From Gammaproteobacteria bacterium (GTDB lineage Bacteria; Pseudomonadota; Gammaproteobacteria; Eutrophobiales; Eutrophobiaceae), in NCBI GenBank assembly GCA_965243205.1, contig CBDEUK010000002.1, forward strand, positions 1,024,001 through 1,088,000: DNA of 64,000 bases, read 5' to 3'. This document shows positions 1 through 6,458 of this stretch, piece after piece (position 1 is the stretch's first letter; each line of letters begins with the position of its first letter). A model generated the notes under the pieces. The model was given only the letters and a program-made list of their open reading frames with translations, had not been told where the DNA came from and made no database searches. A program made the translations under genes and the position numbers.

Positions 1-89
1 AACTGGCGCGCGTTTCCAATGGTTTAACAAGTCAAGAGTAATGCCTTGATTGTGATTGTATGTGGGTTCGATACCCGTCATGTCCACCA
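1..89 (+). ncRNA. 3' end of a tRNA-like RNA (tmRNA-like or long tRNA), 5' part outside window
   Basis: T-arm GTGGG-TTCGATA-CCCGT (62-78), acceptor 3' strand CATGTCC (79-85), A86, CCA 87-89; no complementary 5' acceptor strand in 1-61. Confidence 0.55.
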
Positions 90-100
90 AATTAAGATAT

Positions 101-224
101 ACGCCTATAGCTCAATGGCGAGAGCAACAGAATACGAATCCGTTAGGTGTAGGTCTCTTGCATGGATGCAAGAGAGGGGCGCGAGCAGGAAGCGACAAGC
201 TTTCAACTCCTACTGGGCGTACCA
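101..224 (+). tRNA. tRNA-Arg(ACG) interrupted by a 48-nt insertion at the T-loop
   Basis: Acceptor ACGCCTA/TGGGCGT plus ACCA; D-stem GCTC/GAGC; anticodon loop ATACGAA (ACG 134-136); T-stem GTAGG(149-153)/CCTAC(209-213), with loop TTCAACT (202-208) separated from the 5' stem by 154-201. Confidence 0.85.
154..201 (+). repeat. 48-nt insert with two GGA (CsrA/RsmA-type) motifs
   Basis: Palindrome TCTCTTGCAT-GG-ATGCAAGAGA, then CGCGAG-CAGGA-AGCGAC; same layout as the minus-strand element at 47803-47850. Confidence 0.6.
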
Positions 225-240
225 ATTTTAAATGTAGTAA

Positions 241-315
241 TGGTCGTTAGCTTAATGGAAAAGCAGCTGCCTTTTAAGCAGCCAGATATCCGTTCAAGTC
301 GGATACGACCAACCA
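241..315 (+). tRNA. tRNA-Lys(TTT)
   Basis: Fully paired cloverleaf: TGGTCGT/ACGACCA, GCTT/AAGC, GCTGC-CTTTTAA-GCAGC, ATCCG-TTCAAGT-CGGAT, ACCA end. Confidence 0.93.
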
Positions 316-329
316 ATATAAAAGATTTT

Positions 330-415
330 GTCGGTGTGGCGGAATTGGCATACGCACTGGTTTCAGAAACCAGCGTCTTTATGACATGCAGGATCGTAGC
401 CTGCCACCGATACCA
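330..415 (+). tRNA. tRNA-Leu(CAG)
   Basis: GTCGGTG/CACCGAT acceptor, Leu-type D arm GCGGAATTGGCATACGC, CTGGT-TTCAGAA-ACCAG, long variable arm, non-canonical T-loop ATCGTAG, ACCA. Confidence 0.88.
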
Positions 416-454
416 AATGTTGTTTTATGAATCGAATTTATAAAACACAAAAGC

Positions 455-567
455 GTTAGAGATAACATGTTTGAGAACAGCGGTTCAGGCTCGTGAGTTC
501 CTGTCCGGTGCACTGAAGTTTGAATCACAAAGTGTATACCGTTCGATAAGGACATGCTTTGACACCA
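455..567 (+). ncRNA. Putative structured RNA ending in ACCA (not a canonical cloverleaf)
   Basis: GTTAGAG(455-461) pairs with CTTTGAC(557-563) followed by ACCA; CATGTTT pairs with GGACATG; internal stems GCGGT/ACCGT, CAGG/CCTG, GTGCACT/AGTGTAT. Confidence 0.5.
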
Positions 568-568
568 A

Positions 569-641
569 GTGGATATAGCTCAGTTGGGAGAGCACCTGAC
601 TCATAATCAGATTGTCGAAGGTTCGATTCCTTCTATCCTCA
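569..641 (+). tRNA. tRNA with CAT anticodon (elongator Met or Ile2), CCA not encoded
   Basis: GTGGATA/TATCCTC acceptor (one T-T mismatch), GCTC/GAGC D-stem, loop CTCATAA, GAAGG-TTCGATT-CCTTC; lacks the three G-C pairs of initiator tRNA. Confidence 0.85.
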
Positions 642-723
642 GAAAAGTGGCGGAATGGTAAACGCACAGACCTTATAAGTCTGCGGGCAAAAGCCCTTGT
701 GGGTTCGAATCCCACCTTTACTA
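641..723 (+). tRNA. Class II (Leu-like body) tRNA with TAT (Ile) anticodon
   Basis: AGAAAAG/CTTTACT acceptor (one A-A mismatch), A discriminator, D arm GCGGAATGGTAAACGC, CAGAC-CTTATAA-GTCTG, long V-arm GGGC-AAAA-GCCC, GTGGG-TTCGAAT-CCCAC; followed by CTA instead of CCA. Confidence 0.85.
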
Positions 724-1017
724 CTAAGCCGATGTCGAAAGACATCATTACAACAGGGTGCCGTGAATATCCTGTTTATGAAAGATAAGCAGTCAGTATC
801 TGGAACAACAATTTATTCATCATGATTAAAACCTGTGTTTAGGTAAGAACCTGTTTTATTACGTGACAGGAAATATTCGTCGTTAAAAAGGAAAACCACC
901 AGGATAGGTGAAACGAATGATTCCACTTACTTAATTAAAACAGAATATTCAAACGTAAACCCGTTTTAGTTGTGTCAGGTGTCCTGTCTTTATTAACTAT
1001 ATAAAAGGAGAAATTTA

Positions 1018-2160
1018 ATGTTCTTTCTTAAACGTATTGTCGTAGCCGACTACGAACGTGCGTTGCTGATCAAGAACCGCAGTGTTCAACGTGTGTTGGA
1101 ACCTGGCGTGTATCGTTTTTTCGATCCGCTACGTCGTCTCAAGGTTGAGATCTACGATCTAAATGAAGCCGAATTCAATTTTGAAAAATTGGATTATTTG
1201 ATCAAACAAAAAACTGATTTGGTCAATGAACATTTTCAAGTAATTGAACTTGGCGAATTCGAGGTTGGTCTGGTTTATAAAAACGGTCAGCTCGAAGATG
1301 TATTAGAACCTGGTTCTCGTCAGCTGTATTGGAAAGGCTTAGTCGATATCGACGTTGAAGTAGTTGATATCCAAACTGACTTTATGGTTGCTAAGAATAA
1401 ATTAAAAGTTCTGGTTCGTAACCGTAATACAAAGTTGGCGAATAAACTGTCTCAGTTTATCTATATCGCTGAGGTAGAACAGAACTGGGTTGGTTTACTG
1501 CTCGTTGATGGCGAGTTGGTTGAACAATTAAATGCTGGTATTTATGCATTTTGGAAGTTCAATCGCAATATCAAAGTTGAGCAGGAAGATTTGCGAGTAC
1601 AAAACATGGAAGTAAATGGTCAAGAAATCTTGACCAAGGATAAGGTGACGCTACGTGCCAACATGGCAGTAACTTTTAAAGTGACTGATGCCATTCAAGC
1701 ACGTAGCTCAGTTAAGAACTGGGTGGATCATCTATATCGCGAAGCGCAATTTGGACTGCGCCAAGCTGTGGGTACTCGAAGCTTGGATACGCTACTCGCA
1801 AATAAAGGCGAATTGGATCGTGGAGTCTACGATGCTGTTCGCAATCAGGTGGCTGATAACGGCATTGAAGTAATTAATGTTGGCATCAAAGATCTGATCT
1901 TACCTGGTGAAATGAAGGATATTTTGAACCAGGTTGTTGAAGCAGAGAAAGTCGCGCAAGCGAATGTGATCAAACGTCGTGAGGAAACTGCGGCAACACG
2001 TTCTCTGTTGAATACAGCGAAACTCATGGATGAGAACCCTACCCTGCTGCGATTGAAGGAGCTGGAAACTCTGGAAAAAGTCACTGAAAAAGTTGACCGA
2101 CTCACTGTTTTCGGCGGCCTTGATGGGGTCCTGCAGGATACCGTTAAGATCAATGTTTAA
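1018..2160 (+). CDS. SPFH/Band-7 (slipin) family protein
   Basis: Repeated N-terminal LEPG motifs, QEILTKDKVTLR, C-terminal RREETAATRSLLNTAKLMDENPTLLRLKELE typical of RtcB-associated slipins; AGGAG RBS. Confidence 0.92.
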   Translation: MFFLKRIVVADYERALLIKNRSVQRVLEPGVYRFFDPLRRLKVEIYDLNEAEFNFEKLDYLIKQKTDLVNEHFQVIELGEFEVGLVYKNGQLEDVLEPGSRQLYWKGLVDIDVEVVDIQTDFMVAKNKLKVLVRNRNTKLANKLSQFIYIAEVEQNWVGLLLVDGELVEQLNAGIYAFWKFNRNIKVEQEDLRVQNMEVNGQEILTKDKVTLRANMAVTFKVTDAIQARSSVKNWVDHLYREAQFGLRQAVGTRSLDTLLANKGELDRGVYDAVRNQVADNGIEVINVGIKDLILPGEMKDILNQVVEAEKVAQANVIKRREETAATRSLLNTAKLMDENPTLLRLKELETLEKVTEKVDRLTVFGGLDGVLQDTVKINV

Positions 2161-2193
2161 TGATGAACTGAGATCAACCCATCAAATTTGAAA

Positions 2194-2217
2194 GGTTCGG
2201 GGAATTGGCCCCGAACC
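2194..2217 (+). other. Intercistronic GC-rich hairpin
   Basis: GGTTCGGGG-AATTGG-CCCCGAACC, no clear U-tract. Confidence 0.55.
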
Positions 2218-2244
2218 GCTTATTAATATAAATGGAGAAATACA

Positions 2245-2838
2245 ATGTCTATCGTATGTGCAGCAATTAAAAATGGTGAAATAGCAATCGCTGCTGATAC
2301 TCAGTTAAGCTTTGGCTCTTTAATTGTTGGCTCTGATAATTTAGATAATGCATCTAAGTTATGTATGGTCGAAGATAATGTTGTTGGTATCGTTGGTTGG
2401 AATGCTGTCAGTAGCTTATTCGAATATGTAACAGAAGAGCATAAAGAAATATTTAATTTTTCAGACAGAAAAAATATTTTAAAAACATTATTTAAATTAC
2501 ATAAGCTATTAAAAAATGAATATTTTCTTGAAACTGTTGAAGATAGAGATCAACCTGTTGAATCAATTCAACTCAGAGCCATTATCATTAATAGTGGTGG
2601 TATTTATGAGATCAATAGCTATAGAGAAGTCAATCATTATTTAAAGTACTGGGCAATCGGTTCTGGACGCTACTATGCATTAGGAGCAATACATGCTCAA
2701 TATGAAAGCCAAATTAATGCTAAAGACTTGGTATTAAACGGCGTAGCATCTGCATGTTGTTTTGATGAAAGTTGTTCTTTACCTTCTCAAATAGAAATCA
2801 TCAAAGCAAAACAAGAAAGTATTGCTATGGCAAGTTAA
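2245..2838 (+). CDS. Proteasome beta-subunit/HslV-like Ntn hydrolase (BPH-like) with N-terminal Ser
   Basis: SIVCAAIKNGEIAIAADTQ aligns with HslV TTIVSVRRNGHVVIAGDGQ (Asp17 kept); WAIGSG motif; GGAG RBS. Confidence 0.8.
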   Translation: MSIVCAAIKNGEIAIAADTQLSFGSLIVGSDNLDNASKLCMVEDNVVGIVGWNAVSSLFEYVTEEHKEIFNFSDRKNILKTLFKLHKLLKNEYFLETVEDRDQPVESIQLRAIIINSGGIYEINSYREVNHYLKYWAIGSGRYYALGAIHAQYESQINAKDLVLNGVASACCFDESCSLPSQIEIIKAKQESIAMAS

Positions 2839-2865
2839 ACTATTATTTACATTAAGGAAAATACA

Positions 2866-4062
2866 ATGCCTATTAAACAAATTATTACCAAAGGGAAAGT
2901 CCCCGTTAAAATTTATACTGATGACATTGAATTTGAAGCGTATAACCAACTGAAAAATATTTCAGAATTACCTTTCATTCACAGCCATGTCGCGGCAATG
3001 CCTGATGTACATATGGGTAAAGGTGCAACCGTTGGTTCAGTTATTCCAACTAAAGGCGCAATCATCCCTGCTGCGGTTGGCGTTGATATTGGTTGTGGCA
3101 TGAATGCCATTCGTTTGTCATTGAAAGCAGAACAATTACCTGACAATTTACGCGGTTTGCGCACTACCATTGAATCGGTTGTGCCTGTTGGTTTTAACAT
3201 GCATAAAAAAGATATGGCAAAAGACTCAACCATTCGTGCGGTTGCTAAAGGTCTTGAACCTATCATGGCAAAGCATAAAAAACTCAATAACAGTAAAAAC
3301 AAACCGTTTTTAACTTGGGTAAGACAATTAGGTACTTTAGGTGGTGGTAATCATTTTATTGAAATTTGTCTGGATGAAGAAGATTTTGTTTGGATCATGT
3401 TGCATTCAGGAAGCCGAGGCATCGGTAACCGAATTGGTCAATACTTTATTGAATTGGCTAAGAAAGACATGCAACGTCTACAAATCAACTTACCAGATAA
3501 AGACCTCGCTTACTTTACTGAAGGTACGGATTATTTTGATGACTATGTTGAAGCCGTTAGTTGGGCTCAAGACTATGCCATGATCAATCGTAAAGAAATG
3601 ATGCGTATGATTTTGGATGTCTTAAAGAAAAAACTACCAAGCTTTAAGATCGATAAACAAGCGATTAATTGTCATCATAATTATGTGACTGAAGAAATCC
3701 ATTACGATGAAAAAGTCTTTGTGACACGTAAAGGTGCAATTAAAGCTGGAGATGGCGATTTAGGTATTATCCCAGGCAGTATGGGAGCACGTTCTTATAT
3801 TGTTTCTGGAAAAGGTAATCCTACATCATTTAACTCTTGCGCACATGGTGCCGGAAGAAAAATGAGCCGTACCCAAGCAAAAAAACAATTCAATACAGTC
3901 GATGTTGAAAAACAAACCGAAGGTGTTGAATGTCGTAAAGACAAAGGCATCATCGATGAAATCCCTGGTGCTTATAAGGATATTGATCAAGTGATGGAAA
4001 ACCAATCGGATTTGGTCGATATTGTTCATACATTAAAACAAGTGGTTTGTGTTAAAGGTTAA
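2866..4062 (+). CDS. rtcB: RNA 3'-phosphate/5'-OH ligase RtcB
   Basis: MPDVHMGKG, VGVDIGCG, GTLGGGNHFIE, HSGSRG, HHNY, RKGA, PGSMG, HGAGR, DEIPGAYK, C-terminal VKG. Confidence 0.97.
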   Translation: MPIKQIITKGKVPVKIYTDDIEFEAYNQLKNISELPFIHSHVAAMPDVHMGKGATVGSVIPTKGAIIPAAVGVDIGCGMNAIRLSLKAEQLPDNLRGLRTTIESVVPVGFNMHKKDMAKDSTIRAVAKGLEPIMAKHKKLNNSKNKPFLTWVRQLGTLGGGNHFIEICLDEEDFVWIMLHSGSRGIGNRIGQYFIELAKKDMQRLQINLPDKDLAYFTEGTDYFDDYVEAVSWAQDYAMINRKEMMRMILDVLKKKLPSFKIDKQAINCHHNYVTEEIHYDEKVFVTRKGAIKAGDGDLGIIPGSMGARSYIVSGKGNPTSFNSCAHGAGRKMSRTQAKKQFNTVDVEKQTEGVECRKDKGIIDEIPGAYKDIDQVMENQSDLVDIVHTLKQVVCVKG

Positions 4063-4078
4063 AGGAGGTGATATTTTT

Positions 4079-4282
4079 ATGACTAAACGCAGAAACCCGT
4101 TTGCTTGCGCACCCATTATGCGAAAAGGTGGAATGCATATTCAATCGAAAACTGGTCAACGTCGTTCGAATAAAAATAAATTATTGGACGAAGTAGATGA
4201 GTATTTAGATGAACTAAAGCAGACACAAAAAAACCGAATCATCGGCAAATCCGATGATTCGGCCACTATCATTTATTTTTAA
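4079..4282 (+). CDS. Small basic protein (RNP...RKGGMH.SK motif); candidate ribosome-associated/rescue factor
   Basis: Strong AGGAGGTG RBS directly after the rtcB stop, ATG at 4079, 67 aa; function is inference. Confidence 0.7.
   Translation: MTKRRNPFACAPIMRKGGMHIQSKTGQRRSNKNKLLDEVDEYLDELKQTQKNRIIGKSDDSATIIYF
4234..4262 (+). other. Perfect 12-bp hairpin inside the small ORF upstream of its stop codon
   Basis: CCGAATCATCGG-CAAAT-CCGATGATTCGG. Confidence 0.8.
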
Positions 4283-4447
4283 CATTTTTTTAACTCCTAT
4301 TTATTTTGTGAATTCATTCACATCTTTAAACATTCCTTCTTAAACTGATTAGAAATTGTTCACAGTTTTCTACACTTCTTATCGAAGTAGGTCGATATAT
4401 GTGTGATTGTAATTATTACACTAGTATCTATTTGTTGGAGTTATAAA

Positions 4448-5296
4448 ATGAAAAATATCATTCATTCCAAATGGCTTTTATTTCATGTTTTTTGCTTATT
4501 TTCCATTAATGCTAACGCTTTTTTAATTGTTGAAGACTTTGAATCTTCTAACTGGGCACAAGAACGTGGCTGGTACGACATAAACAATACCGCTACAAGC
4601 TCAGCTCAATCGACATCAGGAAATCAATCTTTATATTATTCTTTTAACCAAGGCGAACAAACAGGAAGTCCAGATAGATCGATGCGCCTATCATTACCAG
4701 ATTCAGATTCTATTTATTTAAGTTATAACCGTATGTATGAAGATGGTTGGGTATGGAATTCAGGAGGCATCCATGATTTTTATATATTTGCTGATGCTGA
4801 CCAATATCAAACACCAACCAATACAAAATTAACTGCTTACTTTGAACAAGATAGCGGGAAAGCACGCACAGTTCTTAGAGCAGCCCAACAAGCAAATAGT
4901 CCATATAATGATAATTGGTATGCTAAATCAGGCTCGGATATTGTATTTCAATCCGGTGTTTGGCATAACATTCAAGCCATGGTAAAAATGAACGATGCAG
5001 GTCAATCTAATGGAGAAATGCGTATGTGGGTTGATGGTGTATTACAAGTAGAGCGAACCGGCCTTTTACTAAGAGCCCAAGGTGATGAAAACATTATGTT
5101 CAATCAATTATTTTTTGGACCTTGGATTGGTAGCAATGGTGCTATTGTTGATAAAGCCTTTTGGACTGATGATATTATGGTATCGGATCAAGCCTTTTCA
5201 ACAGAACCAGTACCAACCCCTATTCCACCTGCTGCTTTATTATTTTCTTCTGCAATAATTGGATTATTTAGATTTTCTAAACAAAATAAATCTTAA
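4448..5296 (+). CDS. Secreted beta-sandwich (polysaccharide-lyase/LamG-like) protein with PEP-CTERM/VPLPA-type C-terminal sorting signal
   Basis: Signal peptide; WHNIQAMVKMN..GEMRMWVDG; C-terminus PVPTPIPPAALLFSSAIIGLFRFSKQ; GGAG RBS before ATG 4448. Confidence 0.7.
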   Translation: MKNIIHSKWLLFHVFCLFSINANAFLIVEDFESSNWAQERGWYDINNTATSSAQSTSGNQSLYYSFNQGEQTGSPDRSMRLSLPDSDSIYLSYNRMYEDGWVWNSGGIHDFYIFADADQYQTPTNTKLTAYFEQDSGKARTVLRAAQQANSPYNDNWYAKSGSDIVFQSGVWHNIQAMVKMNDAGQSNGEMRMWVDGVLQVERTGLLLRAQGDENIMFNQLFFGPWIGSNGAIVDKAFWTDDIMVSDQAFSTEPVPTPIPPAALLFSSAIIGLFRFSKQNKS

Positions 5297-5302
5297 TATT
5301 AA

Positions 5303-5334
5303 AAAACGATGACCATAAATATGGTCATCGTTTT
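5303..5334. terminator. Bidirectional intrinsic terminator
   Basis: AAAACGATGACCAT-AAAT-ATGGTCATCGTTTT between convergent genes. Confidence 0.85.
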
Positions 5335-5351
5335 AATTTATAAATACAGAA

Positions 5352-5828
5352 CTATTTATATTTGTCCTTAAGCGATGCTAAACCAGCATCAAAAATTCCT
5401 TCGATAATACTTTTTGCTTCTTCCTCACTTGCTCCTCTTGCTTTAAAATTTGCTTTCCATGTGATTTTAGTCGTACTACCATCACCATCTACCATAAATG
5501 TTGCTTTATAAGGTTTTACAGGTAAAGGGCCTTTCTTAATAAAGTAAGTATAGCTGTTCTCAACTTCTTCTTTACGTTTTTCTAAAATGTTTCCACCATC
5601 TGCCAATGTTAAATTACGATAGTAAGTTCCGTGGTCATCATATTCCTGACATTCACTAATAGCAGGATGCCAATCTTTGATCGCGCAAAAACCACCTATC
5701 TCTTGCCATACTTTTTTAACATCTCCAGAAACTTCTATCGATTTTTCAACCTCTATAAAATCAGCTGCTGATACTATTGATGAAATACTAAATAAAATAA
5801 TAGCTACGATACTACGACTAAAACGCAT
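5352..5828 (-). CDS. Periplasmic SRPBCC (MxaD-like/polyketide cyclase) protein
   Basis: Signal peptide; VWQEIGGFCAIKDWHP, RNLTLADGG, GIFDAGL. Confidence 0.8.
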   Translation of the reverse strand: MRFSRSIVAIILFSISSIVSAADFIEVEKSIEVSGDVKKVWQEIGGFCAIKDWHPAISECQEYDDHGTYYRNLTLADGGNILEKRKEEVENSYTYFIKKGPLPVKPYKATFMVDGDGSTTKITWKANFKARGASEEEAKSIIEGIFDAGLASLKDKYK

Positions 5829-5910
5829 TACTTTCTCCTCTAGAAATATTTTATGCAAAAGAACAATAATAACTTAAAAAGCTAAAACGAAGAACGGGAA
5901 TCTTACCTTA

Positions 5911-6345
5911 CTAATCTTTATGAATAGGTACAGCAAATAACTCTGTTGCGCTGCACATTACACGACAAATTTGACCTTCCTGAGGATTTTCAATTTTTGA
6001 CTTTAAGTGATCGTTGTTAAGAAAGATTCTACCTTCTTGAATTACAGAACCTTCCATCACTAATTCATCATTTAAAAAAACTTTTACTATCTGGCCTTGT
6101 TTCAGTTCAGAATGTTTTAATTTAAATTCAGCTTTTAGTTTAAAATCAATATCTTCTTTTTCGACTTTTCGTAACTCAATATCAAACTCACCAATTTCAC
6201 GATGAAATTTATCATGAAAATCAGCTTCATATTCCCATTTTTTTTCTACCCTTTTCCCGAATATTAAAGCTAATAAAACTAATAATGCAATAAATCCAAA
6301 GAAGCCCGAAACCAAATAACTAAGATATTGAAAAAGTGTTTCCAT
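5911..6345 (-). CDS. Hypothetical protein with N-terminal TM helix
   Basis: 144-aa ORF with a hydrophobic N-terminus. Confidence 0.7.
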   Translation of the reverse strand: METLFQYLSYLVSGFFGFIALLVLLALIFGKRVEKKWEYEADFHDKFHREIGEFDIELRKVEKEDIDFKLKAEFKLKHSELKQGQIVKVFLNDELVMEGSVIQEGRIFLNNDHLKSKIENPQEGQICRVMCSATELFAVPIHKD

Positions 6346-6458
6346 AGTAATTATGAATTTAAATCAAATTGGATATTGAAATTGTATTCTATGATACACA
6401 TTTAGTATTGTATATAATTTATAACTTATATCTTAAATAAGGAATATCTCTGTAAAAA

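Noticed and set aside
154-201. Group I/II intron interpretation of the tRNA-Arg insert
   Set aside because: 48 nt is far too short and it lacks catalytic core motifs
569-641. Initiator tRNA-fMet call
   Set aside because: G1-C72 is paired and the anticodon stem lacks three consecutive G-C pairs
46-748. ORFs 46-231, 56-250, 162-443 and 485-748(-)
   Set aside because: They overlap well-formed tRNA genes and show no protein motifs; shadow ORFs
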